64,000 nucleotides of DNA from Nemertoderma westbladi (GCA_032718475.1 JAUCBJ010004634.1:1-64000); one strand, 5' to 3'. Positions 1 through 12,081 are shown, counted from the first letter of the stretch. Notes: generated by a model from the letters alone, not told the origin. Numbers and translations are program-made.

Positions 1-55
1 AAGACATATAAATTTTGGCAGGTTAAACTGCTAAAGGTCTTCAAAAGCGCGTACA
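1..55 (+). repeat. 3' end of the 5' LTR of the BEL/Pao element (rest lies upstream of the window)
   Basis: Bases 1-55 are identical to 10743-10797 and end ...GCGTACA. Confidence 0.85.
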
Positions 56-119
56 ATAACAGTTATTGACTTTATTGCAGTAAGCAATAAAGTTGAAAGT
101 ACCGGTCAACCGGTAAACC

Positions 120-245
120 TGAACCGGTACTTCTGTAGGTCAGTAGGCCCAACTGCCAGAACCGGTACTGCTGTAGGTCCGTAGGTCCAACTGTCAGAAC
201 CGGTACTTCTGTAGGTCCGTAGGCCCAACTGTCCTAACCGGTACT
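120..245 (+). repeat. ~38-bp tandem repeat, ~3 copies, in the BEL 5' leader
   Basis: gaaccggtacttctgtaggtc(c/a)gtaggcccaactg repeated. Confidence 0.8.
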
Positions 246-429
246 TCCAGTATAAGTACATTAGTATTATTCGATTTTGATTATTGTATACTGGTAGGTC
301 TTAGTATTTAATCAGGGACGGCCGCCCTGGTTTTTTATTGAGATTTTTACTTATTTCTGTCGGTTTTATTTACATGTAAGTTAATATTGAGCTGAAGACG
401 TGTAAGTCTGCTCAGATTGTTCAGATAAT

Positions 430-1005
430 TGTAGGCCGGACTGTTGTCGGATTGTTGTTGGGTTTGGAGAGATTACGGCGTGTGTAGAGTTTGTCCGATA
501 GAGTGCCAGTTAGTAAGTTGGGGCAGCCATAGCTGTAAGGTCAATCCCCTCTTAAAGAATAAATCGTACTACCGTGTTAGAACGCATACTAACTAACAAT
601 TTTGGAATCTGCACATACTGTAGTTTATTTAGGCTTGACAGTATTCTGCCAGCGCTTTGGACTGTGTTTGTTTGTGTGGTCTGTTCAGGTACCGTAATAG
701 TTATTACTCAGATATTTTGTAGGCTGGATTGTTGTCTAGCTATTATTAGGTCTGAAGAGATTGCTGCTTGTGTAGAGTTTGTCTGATAAAGTGCCAGTTA
801 GTAAGTTGGGGCAGCCATAGCTGTAAGGTCAATCCCCTCTTAAAGAATAAGTCGTACTACCGTGTTAGAACGCATACTAACTAACCGTTTTGGAATCTGC
901 ACATACAGTAGTTTATTTAGGCTTGGTGGTAGTCTGCCAGCGTTTGGTTTGTATTTTGTTTGAGTATTCTGTACGGGTAGCGTAATATTTATTATTCAGA
1001 GTTTA
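430..1005 (+). repeat. ~289-bp tandem duplication in the BEL 5' leader
   Basis: tgtgtagagtttgtc...gaacgcatactaactaac occurs at ~481 and ~769. Confidence 0.8.
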
Positions 1006-2326
1006 TGCGATTATTCGCAACATTCATGTCCCCAAGTTTATTCATACAGTAATTGTGTTTGTTATACATACCGTTATAGTTAAATTAACCCCGGTACTAC
1101 ACGGGCTGCTTGGCGTAGGAAAAGACTGGTGACTTTGTGCTTCGGTCACTCCAGCAGATGCCGTGGTTCTTTTAACTGTTCAAGTATATTTAACTACTGA
1201 TTATTTGTTGTACCAGTACTTGTACCTAATTTAGGGTTTAGTGTACAGTGCTTTCCGAAGTAATTAGTGTGTAGGCAGTATATTTGTGTTGTAAAGTGGT
1301 TAATAGGCACGCTGGATCTGGTAGTCCGCGGTAATTAACTTCTAGGTAGGAACACTCCGTGATACATAACGTAGTACCTATAGCGATACGGTTATAGGTC
1401 GTCAGGCGGTGGTATTTTCCTATCTGGACAGTGCAATATATTTACTACTACTTATTATTTTCAAATACCGTAGTACCCTGTCCGTTGTAATAACCAGAGT
1501 TCTAACCCTTTGTTAGACTGGTTTGTAGTTTCCCTGTAAAATTACCCTAAAATTTCGTACGTAATATTTTTGTTGTGTTTAGTTAGAGAATTAATCTCAC
1601 CCGTATCGTAAGTAATTCGTAGATAAGTAACTTAGGAAGTAGAATTATCTGTTTTAGTGTCTAATAAGTAGCACTTCACTGAGAGCGCACAGCTTTTGTG
1701 TAGTGATTACTTCCCAGAAATAATAACATCTATTTCAATATTGTAACAAAAACCCCTTTTTAACGGGTATATATCTATTATAAATCAACTCAAACGATTT
1801 ATAAATAGTAGGCCTGCCATACAACAACTAGGTCTCAATATCAGTTGGACTACTGCTTAAATAACGGTAATAAAGTAAGTTAAAGTAACCAAGTAACCCT
1901 AAAATATTCAGAAATTCAATTATTCTAAAATAATTGACATACCGGTATTTACCATAGGCTTATTATATTTATTTCTATAAATTTGTGCTGAAATCATACC
2001 GGTATTCTGTAATTAATTCTAGTCTGTAATAATTATACTTATATATACTATAAGTGTCAGCTGTATACCGGTATTCACGATAGGCCTATTATATATTTAT
2101 ATATATTTGTGCTAAAATTATATACCAGTACTCTGTGACAAATCTAGTCTGTAATAATACTTATATATATACTATAAGCATACTGGTATTCTAATATATT
2201 ATATATATATCACGCTACACTGAGTAGCAGTATCGGTAATTAATTGTTAGGCTAACAGTGATACTGAATTACTAGACTTACTTTGACTGTATTTATAGCC
2301 GTAGGCATTCAACTGTGTAAACAAAC

Positions 2327-5300
2327 ATGTCAGACGCAACCCAATCACTGTCAGATAGTCTCTTAGAAAGTGTTAGAATGAGTATTAGACTTAGACAGCG
2401 TATTAAAAGGATCTGTGACCAAGATAAAAGTATAGAACATCCCAGATCCAAGTCTAAGTCACCTACTATTGTAAAAAAGGCCATCCCTACAGTAGTAGTG
2501 TCAGACCCTAGGCTAGTAGAACAACGTAGGTCTATCATCGGCACTCGGGCCCAAGTCAAGCGGGATCAAGAAGCAGCTGTCAAACCGCAGCAACATCCTA
2601 GCCAAGAACCTAGTTCTCAGCGGCCCGATAGCTCCGGTGGTTCGGATACTGCTGAGCGGACACCCGAACGCGGAGCGAAGATGGCGGATACGGTTTATGA
2701 TGAGCGGCCAACCTATGAAGAATCAGCCGACGCCACTTCTTCTCAAGTGGAAAGCGAAGTGGAAAGCGAATTAACAGCAGCAGAGAAGCCGCGAACTAGA
2801 GACGCCATTGACATCTATCTGTCAGACTATCAGCGATTCATAGGAGACGAAGAGTTGAGGAGACGACTGTCTGGACTTCGCCCTAATAGTGAAGGAACCA
2901 AGCTTGTGTTGGACGCAATCGATGCGGAAATGTTAGCTGCGAACCAAGCTAAATTTGATGAACGACTCCGCCTCGTTAGAGTCCAAGAAGAACAAATAAA
3001 GAAAAAACAGATAGAGGACCGAAAGGCAGCAGCAGTAGCAGCGACAATGGCAGAGGTAGAAGCAGAAAGAAAGGCGGCAGCGGCAATGGCAAAGGCAGTG
3101 GCAGAAGCAGAACGGAGAGCGTCTGAGGAGACTACCCAACTGGAGTTGGAAAATCTGCAAGAGACGCAAGACTACATAAATAAACAGCTAACTGCTAGTC
3201 GAATGCAGATGATGAGACGATCTACTCCAAAACGCCAGGGATACACATCATCGGAGGAAAGCGAAACCACCGATCCTGAAGGCGGAGGAAATAGATCTCC
3301 TCTAAGCAGGCGTAGAAAAACATCTCACCGTCATAAACTGCCTGATTTGCCCCCAGCTGTCAGAAGACAACTAGCTAGCACAGACTTAGGTAGTACAGAA
3401 CCCACAGACCAAATTATTAAGGTCAAAAGACTCCCTACCATAGTTGATGAGCCTGAAATAATTAGGCCTGTCATTCCCAAAGCCACTCCTGTGCTAGAGA
3501 CCCCTGTACTTCCAGAGCTTAACTCTAAATTCCCTCTACACAGTACTACACTGCCTGTACCCGGTAGAACAGTCCATGAGAATATCCCTGTCCTGGAAGC
3601 TGAGAGAGAAATCAAAGATTTGTCTCCCGTCGTCCCGCGTCAGCCTGCTACAATGTTGGCGACTCCCGCTTCGGCGGTCGAGTGGGTAGAGGAGGGACGG
3701 CGGGGGATGAATCTCCTGCTCGGACAGATGCAGGAGACTGTCCACCAACTTAAGGGAACAGTAAGGGAAGGTAGGGCCGAATTGCAAGAAGTGCAGCAAA
3801 GTATCGCTCTAGAACGCGACAAATTAGTCAATATACAAAAAGCGATACCAATAACCCCTGTAACATTGTGTCAACCTGTTAGGTCTGAAGTATTACATGC
3901 GCAAGGTGTGGAACCTACACGCATCTATACTGCTAGCGAAGTAGAAACTCCTATAGCAAACCCTATTAAGGGTGATTATAGACCTGTTGTTAATGATATT
4001 CCCTATAGACCTGATAATGATCCGAGAAATTTATATACCGATAATTCGATATTAAATAACACGATGGCCCAAGAAAGCTTTACGCGTCAGATGGCTAGGA
4101 CAGAAGCCCGCCAAGCGGTCAAAGTGGGAGAGATCGTCAAATTCAATGGAGATGAGATGAAATGGTTACCTTTCAACGAATATTACAAAGACAGCATACA
4201 AAACTCTGTACTATCTAACGGAGAGAAACTTAGGTTCCTCATCAAGTGCTTGGAAGGACCTCCCAGGTTAATGGCGTTAAAGTTTATTGGACATCCAGAA
4301 GGATTAAGACAAGTATGGGATACATTAAACATCAGGTATGGTAACAAGGATAACATAGCTAAGTATTTGTATGCAAAATTAGTAGCCCCCCGACACTTCC
4401 TTAGTAGCGGGATTATAGAGTTTTCCGATGAAATTCAGGAAATCTGTAGACAATTGGACTGGTTAGGTAAGTCTCATGAATATCAGAGTTCCATGGTTAT
4501 TGGAGCAGTAGTCTCTACTTTACCCAAGGGTGGAGTATGTACACGTTGGGACAAGAAAGTGTTGTACATGAATGAACAACAACGACGAAGCCCTACCATG
4601 ACTGATCTCATGTCCTTCTTAGATGGTGAAGTAAAACTACAACTCATCAAGCAGTCCAGAGAGAAAACATCGGAAAATAAGGTAAGTGAGAAACCCGTTT
4701 CTAGAAGGGTAACACCAGTGTGTTATACTGACGACGGCGAAAGCCAAGTCTCTCAGGAAGAGGACAGCGGGAAAGACACAGCAAAATCTTACTATGATAA
4801 CAAGACCTATAAAGACGTAAGTAAATATAAGTCTCGAACCAGTGACCGGAGAGAACAGGTAACAACAACTCCTCCTACGTCTCCTAAGAGAATTCACGGA
4901 AGAAAGCCCGAAGAAAGAACGAGAGTGCATAACGTTACCCAAGGTAAAGTGAGTAACATCAAACCAAAATGTGCGCTGTGCGACGGGCCCCACCGTTTGA
5001 GTGCGTGTGCTGAATTTCTAAAGAAATCCCCTGTAGACAGACGTACAGTCCTGTGGAATAAGCGGTTATGCTATAATTGCCTCAGATCAGGACACCAACG
5101 GCGAACCTGTTACTCCGACGTAAAGTATGCAAAGTGTGACGCGAAACATCACATCTTGTTACACAGTGAGTTCGAACAAGACAACCCGAGTCAGGTAAGT
5201 GAGCCCGAACTACATGTCCAATTCAGTGATGTAAATGACACTGATCAAGAGTCTGAGATGGAAGGATTCTATACTGACGAATTCTCCGACGCCAACGAAT

Positions 5301-6403
5301 CCTGTTACCTAATAAATACCTCAGTGTATCGAGCACTTACTTATGAAAAGGACATCAACAATGAGTTTCCCCCAACTACTTTTGCCAAACAACCATCGTG
5401 GAAAGCTCCAACTTCCAACGTAGGAATCAGAGAATTTCCTGTAGTGCAGGTAAGAGTTCATGGTCCTAACAAAAGTTACATAGTGAACGCCCTCCTTGAC
5501 TCCGGCAGCACAGGAACATTCATCGATCAAGAACTAGACGAAGATATTTTTGCTGGACAACCCAAATTCCGGACTAAATTGAATATGTCAGGAATTATGC
5601 AGGTCTGGAAATCTACCCTAACGGCAGACTACTATGTAGGTGTGTTGTCCACCCCCCAGGATAAATTAGGAGCACAAGGTATAAGGTCGGTAAAAATGGT
5701 GGCTATAAAGAACTTCGCTGCTACCCAAGCAGACCTTTATAATTGGGACGAGGATGAGAGCATCCAACATCTTAAGGTACCTCGATTCCAGACAGATTAT
5801 CCTGGAGTGCAAATACTCATCGGCCAAAACGCGCATGAGGCGCTCGAGACATTGGAGAAACGGCCTGCTCAACCGCAGCCACTACAAACCTATGCGGTAA
5901 GAACTAGAGTAGGTTGGTACTTCACTGGCCCTTCCCGTAGAACTCTCAAAGAGAGATTACTTCAACAACAGGTATACCAAGTAAAGGAATGGGAAGTGGA
6001 GAGCAGCGATGTGGACAATCCAACTGAGGGAACACCATACTCCTCAGATAATGACGATATTAACTCCAATGTAGATCAATGGAGACATTGCCTTGGGACG
6101 ATTAATCCAGCCGACATCGCTTCCAGAGGAGCAACTCCTCAAGAACTGATAGATACTCCAGGCTGGTTAGGTGGATCCGACTTCTTAAGTAAAGAAGAAG
6201 AAGAATGGCCTCCTCATCTTACCCCGGCGGAGATTAGACAGGCCAAGGGAGCGGAGAAAGTAACACAACAACTCAATCGCCCAGCTAGTCGTTTATGTTT
6301 ACTGGAAAGAGACCAAAAACTGTCCGGAAACTATGGAAGGCAAGATACTCTTCCTACGACCACTTCCCTAATCCGACAAGTATCTAGGGACTCCATAACG
6401 TAA
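2327..6403 (+). CDS. BEL/Pao gag-protease polyprotein fused in frame to the RNase H C-terminal remnant
   Basis: 1358-aa ORF. DUF1759-like gag (KFNGDEMKWLPF...EKLRFLIKCLEG), BEL zinc knuckles (CALCDGPHRLSAC, CYNCLRSGHQRRTC, third degenerate: YAKCDAKHH), protease LLDSGS, then WRHCLGTINPADIASRG. No RT motif and no integrase. Confidence 0.85.
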   Translation: MSDATQSLSDSLLESVRMSIRLRQRIKRICDQDKSIEHPRSKSKSPTIVKKAIPTVVVSDPRLVEQRRSIIGTRAQVKRDQEAAVKPQQHPSQEPSSQRPDSSGGSDTAERTPERGAKMADTVYDERPTYEESADATSSQVESEVESELTAAEKPRTRDAIDIYLSDYQRFIGDEELRRRLSGLRPNSEGTKLVLDAIDAEMLAANQAKFDERLRLVRVQEEQIKKKQIEDRKAAAVAATMAEVEAERKAAAAMAKAVAEAERRASEETTQLELENLQETQDYINKQLTASRMQMMRRSTPKRQGYTSSEESETTDPEGGGNRSPLSRRRKTSHRHKLPDLPPAVRRQLASTDLGSTEPTDQIIKVKRLPTIVDEPEIIRPVIPKATPVLETPVLPELNSKFPLHSTTLPVPGRTVHENIPVLEAEREIKDLSPVVPRQPATMLATPASAVEWVEEGRRGMNLLLGQMQETVHQLKGTVREGRAELQEVQQSIALERDKLVNIQKAIPITPVTLCQPVRSEVLHAQGVEPTRIYTASEVETPIANPIKGDYRPVVNDIPYRPDNDPRNLYTDNSILNNTMAQESFTRQMARTEARQAVKVGEIVKFNGDEMKWLPFNEYYKDSIQNSVLSNGEKLRFLIKCLEGPPRLMALKFIGHPEGLRQVWDTLNIRYGNKDNIAKYLYAKLVAPRHFLSSGIIEFSDEIQEICRQLDWLGKSHEYQSSMVIGAVVSTLPKGGVCTRWDKKVLYMNEQQRRSPTMTDLMSFLDGEVKLQLIKQSREKTSENKVSEKPVSRRVTPVCYTDDGESQVSQEEDSGKDTAKSYYDNKTYKDVSKYKSRTSDRREQVTTTPPTSPKRIHGRKPEERTRVHNVTQGKVSNIKPKCALCDGPHRLSACAEFLKKSPVDRRTVLWNKRLCYNCLRSGHQRRTCYSDVKYAKCDAKHHILLHSEFEQDNPSQVSEPELHVQFSDVNDTDQESEMEGFYTDEFSDANESCYLINTSVYRALTYEKDINNEFPPTTFAKQPSWKAPTSNVGIREFPVVQVRVHGPNKSYIVNALLDSGSTGTFIDQELDEDIFAGQPKFRTKLNMSGIMQVWKSTLTADYYVGVLSTPQDKLGAQGIRSVKMVAIKNFAATQADLYNWDEDESIQHLKVPRFQTDYPGVQILIGQNAHEALETLEKRPAQPQPLQTYAVRTRVGWYFTGPSRRTLKERLLQQQVYQVKEWEVESSDVDNPTEGTPYSSDNDDINSNVDQWRHCLGTINPADIASRGATPQELIDTPGWLGGSDFLSKEEEEWPPHLTPAEIRQAKGAEKVTQQLNRPASRLCLLERDQKLSGNYGRQDTLPTTTSLIRQVSRDSIT

Positions 6404-6949
6404 TAACATATGGAGTGGGCGTGTGACTATATCATTTTATATTTGTTTTTATTTTATAGTTATGTATGTATTATTATGTAATTTTATTATAATCGTTTTC
6501 TTTAATTTTATTTAGTAGAATGTTCTTTTAGTGATTATTTAGTAGATTAGTGCAATATATTAGTGTTTATTACGTACGTAATTACTTATAATATATATTT
6601 AGTGCGACGGCGAGAAAATAATTATTTTTCTCTTTCCTTACTGTCCGTATCATATTATAAATACGTGACTACAGTAAGATGAAATGTCCGTACTTATTAA
6701 AGTACAATAAAGCCACTACTATATTCAAGTATTATTGGTAGGCAGAGTATTAGGAATGCAAAGTTCAGATCCTCGTGTCTTGGCTAAACCAAGCTCTGGG
6801 TAGACCTTGGAAACGACTTGCCTCTTCACACTGACATTGCTTCGTGCGATATTGCTCTCATACCATATATAATAATACATATAGTAGCGTGATGTCCCTC
6901 TAACAGTAGCGTGAAACGCAAATAAATATGTTAAACCTTTTGACCATCT

Positions 6950-7225
6950 GTAATTCTAGTCGATTAAGATATCGCGGCACCCACCGATATACTTGAAAGA
7001 CAAATTCTAGAATCAGTGGTTAACGTCCCCAGACAAGTTCTGGAATAAATCGGTGCCCATCTTAAATATTAATTTAATATTTAGTAAAATCTGTAAAATT
7101 CAGATCCGTTAACAATTCTAGTCGATTAAGATATCGTAGCACTTACCGATACTCTTAAAAGACAAATTTTATAGAATTAAGGATCCTATGTCCCCAGACC
7201 TGCTCTGGAATCAAATTGTGTCAAT
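6950..7225 (+). repeat. ~160-bp-period direct duplication in the BEL 3' internal region
   Basis: aattctagtcgattaagatatcg...aagacaaatt...tccccagac at ~6952 and ~7114. Confidence 0.7.
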
Positions 7226-8030
7226 TTTAACATCAAATAATAAAATTCACGGGAATAAATTTAAATTCATGTTTTAAATGAATTTCATAAATTGTCATTT
7301 TGTACAATTTATAGCATTCCCAAAATTCCATTAATTAATAGATCATGGGAGCGGAGATTCATCCTATTGAGTGTATTAGAGTGCGAGAATCTCCAACATA
7401 TAGTCAATAGCCGATAAAATTAATAAAATCATGCATAAAGAGGATATTGACAATTAAAGAATTATTATTAAATAGCATCCCAGATCTGTATGCATGAGAA
7501 TTACCCTAATTCTACCGCTAGCTTTCCATAATGTCACCATGGCAACAACCACGCTAGAATTAGAAGCAAGTTAAAAGAACAATAGAAAGCTTGTCCCATT
7601 GCATAGCATAGAGAATATAACACACTGTTAGTATCCAAAGATACACAGTAATAACGTGACATTCTGGAAGGCACTGACTAACGGACAAATGGCCTGTATG
7701 TGTACAATTGGTGACAGTTGTGTAGAATTTGTGCGTTTGTAGGTGAATGTTACTGCTAAGGTGTGTTTACAGTAGCTAGTCGCAATTGTGAAAGTAACCC
7801 AACTCTCCTATAGAAAGAACCTAAAGTGGATTCAAGCCTTTGGGACGGACAGTGGAGTGACTTGTGCCGGTTATCGTTGTCGTGCTGTTGCTACATGTTG
7901 GCGTAAATACCGCGACAACGGTACATCGGCGCTGAGAATCCCACTGTCCGGGGGCAAAGAGAGGTAGGCAGCGACGTCCGCTCGCCTAAACATAAACTCA
8001 TTTCGATATTAATAAACTCAGATAGCAGAT

Positions 8031-9483
8031 ATGACGGAGTTGATAGAAGATGATCTTGGTATCAGGGAGCGATATACTCTACCTTTACAAGCATTTGTGG
8101 ATAGCTTGATACGCGGTGAAACCGATCCAACCATTACGGAGGACGATGGTCGTTATATCGAACCGCCGATGTCCCAAGAGCAACTTACGCGTGAATTGGA
8201 CTAGCGAAAATTCACCGCTCGCTATACGCATCGTAATAGTACGTATATGGACTTCCTAACTACCGGCCATCCTATCGATTTACATGATACGGACGATGTA
8301 GACACCGAAAGGGAAATGGTTCTATTTAAATATCATACCCAGCGGAGTCGTAACGATAAACCGAGAATAGATCACGAAAATTCTATTCGTAACAGACTGG
8401 GAAGACAAACCAGTATGCCTAGAATCTGAGGAGATTCAGCCTATCGCGCCCGGAACAGCGACAACGATTACATCCTAGAATGGTATCAAGGTCCACAGTG
8501 TCTCACTGCGTACAATTATCGCCATGCCAACTATGTTTCTCGGCAACGTTGTCGGTTATGCGCATCGAGAGACCATGTTACGCCCATGGACACAAACGTC
8601 CGCTGTTCCTATTTCCACGAACAACCGGTGATGGAAATTTATTGTGCATATTGCAGACTCAATAACTTGCACATTTTTGCGGTTTGCCCTCAATTTATGA
8701 CTCAATGTCACCATTGTCAACTAAAGGGACACGCCAGTTTCGATTGCCCTTTTAATCACGATTTGGAAAGCGTAGATGAAATGATCACACTACGTTACAT
8801 CAGAGCTTGGGAAGCGAACGCTGATTTACATTGTGATTCGCGCCATCGCTATTATCCCGGACGCGCTTACGAAGGAATTTATGCGTTCCATCCTTATCTA
8901 TTCGCTTCTGTCGAACAGAAATCACGCATAACGAGTTACGAACTACTGAAGCGCGTCGGAGAATGTATTTCAACCAAGTTCGTACGTAAATTTCTCAGGA
9001 GTGTTAATCCTAGCGACCTTCATTCCTATAACTTAATCAATTACATCCGTCAGGATCCGGACTATGGAGACTTATTTGTTAACTCACACCCCGAGTTACA
9101 GGAAGTATATCGACGGCCGAGCCCGCGAATACCGAGCCCGCGAACGCGAGTTGGAAAGAACCATTAAACCCCTGAGGTTTCTAACTGCCTATGGTCCACC
9201 CACGGCTCTCGTTCAGACCACTCGTAAAGGACCCGTAAGAGCGGCTGTCTTAAAACGAGCTCTCAAAGCCGTTAGACCCCTCTCCCCCGACGTTCATGTC
9301 AATCAACCCAGTACTTCGACTGGCGGATACACCGACCATAATCCTACACTCTCTGATGCAATCATATTGCACCCTTCACCCAGGAGTTATAGCCCTCCTT
9401 GTAAAGTGGCTCGCCACAAAGAGAAAAGGACTCTGGCTAGCTTTAAAAAACTGCGTAAACGCCGTCCGCGCAAGAAAGACTAA
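8031..9483 (+). pseudogene. Accessory ORF of the BEL element: Cys/His zinc-knuckle protein with a basic tail
   Basis: ATG 8031, ORF 8247 and ORF 8586 are in one frame, broken by TAG 8202 and TGA 8427. Motifs CRLCASRDH..C, CAYCRLNNLHIFAVC, CHHCQLKGHASFDC. A probable frameshift near 9100 leads into the frame ending KKLRKRRPRKKD. Confidence 0.65.
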
Positions 9484-9561
9484 CTGTTTAGAGTATTTAC
9501 GTATATTAGAAACTGTGATTTTGTATATTTTATAGACTCAAATCCCATTTTCTGGGAGCGG

Positions 9562-10797
9562 TGTAAAAGCTTCTGTGGGATATAACTGGCCCCTTTGCTT
9601 CGCAATCCAGTTTCCCCCCAGGCGCTGGAATACTCTAAAAAGGTTCTCTAACTGTATATATATTCCCCTCGCCCGCAAGGTACCGTTATAGGTGTTTTAA
9701 CGGACATAAAAGTCATTCTGCTATATACGTGTTTTGGCGGACATGGTAAGGCAAAAAACCTGCAATGCACCAAATACCTTTCACAGCTTAGCCGTGATGA
9801 TTCAGATTGCGACATCTAGCAGCTGGTTGCTGGCATGGAAACAGCCATTGGACGCACGGTTCTTTGTTTGGTTTGAGCCAATCAGAGCGATTTTTTCTGT
9901 CGACGTGTAGATATTTGGTCGATCATACTAGGAGTGTTCAGTCTTACTGTTTTTTGTGATACTTTGTGTTATTGCTATCTAGGCCAGGAACAACGGCTCT
10001 AGAGTCAATTCGTTTCAGACTTTAGAAGAAACATTAGTAGGCTTAAGATTATAGAGCGTATAACTGTTATCGGTCCATATCAGTACATTGTCATATCATA
10101 TCTTAACCTACCGTCTTAATAGTTTGCTGTTGTTTGGTTGAATATTATTTGGAGAACATTTATAAAGAACCCAAATTTCCCAATTTTCTTGATACACTAC
10201 AGGTTAGAGAGACGGGTTATATATAGCGATTGCGACTTATATTATTGTGGTTTGTAGTGAATTTAATGCTATTTGATAAGCACTACATGAATCCGTTGCT
10301 GTTCTCTTTATATATGATAAAATTCATTGACGGTCGGCAAATTAGTGAGCAGTATTGTGTGTTACCGGTAGTGTGCATGATTGTGACTGATAACTAAGCA
10401 TTTCCTAAAGAATGCGCCTCATACGTGAATCATAAGCCTTACCGACTTACCGTTGTGATTAGTATAAGTCATATCTCTGTTTACCTAGATAGAGCGCCAC
10501 GTCCTAAAGGAACTGTTAATATTTCCAGAAAGTAAATAATATTAGTCAGAAATTAATTATTAACGATCAATCGAATAATACAATCCAGTAAGCTTACACT
10601 GCAATAATAATCTAAGCCCTCAGAATCCAGCCCCCCGGGTATATCCAGCGGGTGAATGGACGCGCACTAGGCTAGCTTCTGCTAATGTTGTGTTTATTGG
10701 TGTTAAATATTTGTCATCTTCTAAAGTATATTTATAAACCAAAAGACATATAAATTTTGGCAGGTTAAACTGCTAAAGGTCTTCAAAAGCGCGTACA
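9562..10797 (+). repeat. 3' LTR (1236 bp)
   Basis: TGTA...TACA termini, preceded by GGGAGCGG. The end is identical to 1-55. CCAAT at ~9878 and Inr-like TCAGTC at ~9938. Confidence 0.8.
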
Positions 10798-10859
10798 ACC
10801 TGCTGATGTCAAGCGTTATAATTTTGGATAAATAAATTTATTATAACTGTAAGACAGTT

Positions 10860-11058
10860 ACACTGGTGCTGCACGAAGGCCCCAAGCAAATTCAACTTGG
10901 AAAATCTCTAAACTTTTGACAGACTATTTGTGTACCAAGTTTGGTTACATTTCATCGGGGATCGTTCAAAATTGAACACTGCAAAAAAAGCGACAGAACG
11001 ACAGGTTGATTAATGGTACCCCTACGCTAAGCTCACTCACTTCGTGGCTCGCCCCACA
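10860..11058 (-). mobile_element. HINE-like (Helentron non-autonomous) short element, family A
   Basis: Shares gtaccaagttt, a (gac)-type microsatellite and the ...ttcgtggctcgccccaca end with 18300-18467 and 22200-22507. Confidence 0.45.
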
Positions 11059-12044
11059 CCATTTTCAACCTGCCTTTTAAAGGAAATTAATTATTTTACA
11101 GTATAAGATTTTAATAATTATACTTAAAAATTATACAGATGTAATCCACATACCCCATTCTATTATAGTTTTTAATTAGTTCAAGTGATTTGCTTCAATA
11201 AATGTGTCTTTAATTGATCTAAACGTAATTAAACGGCACAATTATTGAGTAAAAATTTAATCCTGCCCATTATTGGTCAAGTATCTGCTGGTATGGAGCT
11301 AGCTGGCTGGGAGTTGTGGCTGTAGACTAACCATAGAGGAATTGTAATAGGCAACCAGTATTGCTATTCCAGCCCAGACAGCATTCTTTAAATCCCACAT
11401 ACCACCATCCTTCCTGTATTCCAATTCCTATTGACTCTACTATAAATGTTGTATTGCTATCTCAGGTAAATGACAGATATAATAACATAAATACTATCCA
11501 TGGCATGGCTGTTGTGTAGGCTTATATCTGAAATAGTTTATTCCACAATGTATTTGTCTGGTTATTTTTTAATTGAATTTTTGTAAAGTAGTAAAATTAA
11601 TGTTCTTAAAAATAATTTTATTATTTTATATGTAACCAAGGAAATTAGCTACAATTTTTCGCTGCAGCTTTAAGAGTGTACATTGATTTAATATTATTTC
11701 AATACCCATATTACTACATCGGCATTCGATGCGTTGGCGTTGTATCACACATCTCCACATAGATGTATCAGCAGTTACTCGCACAGTTTCGAAACTTCGC
11801 ATAGTTATAACTGTATAAAGGTCGTCAGTCTGCGTTTAGGAAAAATATTTTATGACAACACAGGACGAGCGACGAGCGCAACGAGGCATATAATGAAGAC
11901 GAGTACTGCGTAGACTATATTCCTATAAACCATACCTGGCTGCGCCTATTGAACGCATCGGTAGTTAAAAAGATCGTCCGTCAGTCTGCGTTTAGGAAAT
12001 ATGTTTAAATACAAAACAGGACGAGCACAACGACGTTTATAATA

Positions 12045-12081
12045 ATGAAGACGAGTACTGCCAACTGCGTTGAAGGCATCG
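12045..12081 (+). CDS. Possible first coding exon of the host gene (MKTSTANCVEGI)
   Basis: Ends in phase 1 at a weak donor (G|GTAGTT). Joined to 17856 it gives a plausible signal peptide, MKTSTANCVEGIVLVVIRLWSPAICG. Confidence 0.3.

Larger units (their letters stand above)
1..10797 (+). mobile_element. BEL/Pao LTR retrotransposon, non-autonomous (RT/integrase deleted)
   Basis: Matching LTR ends, a BEL-type gag-protease ORF, and a short purine-rich tract (GGGAGCGG) just before the 3' LTR. Confidence 0.85.

Noticed and set aside
574-786. Hydrophobic 70-aa ORF in the BEL leader
   Set aside because: Non-ATG start, lies in a duplicated leader segment, and has no recognisable motif.
8586-9167. 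env gene of the BEL element
   Set aside because: No signal peptide, fusion or transmembrane segment; Cys/His knuckles instead.
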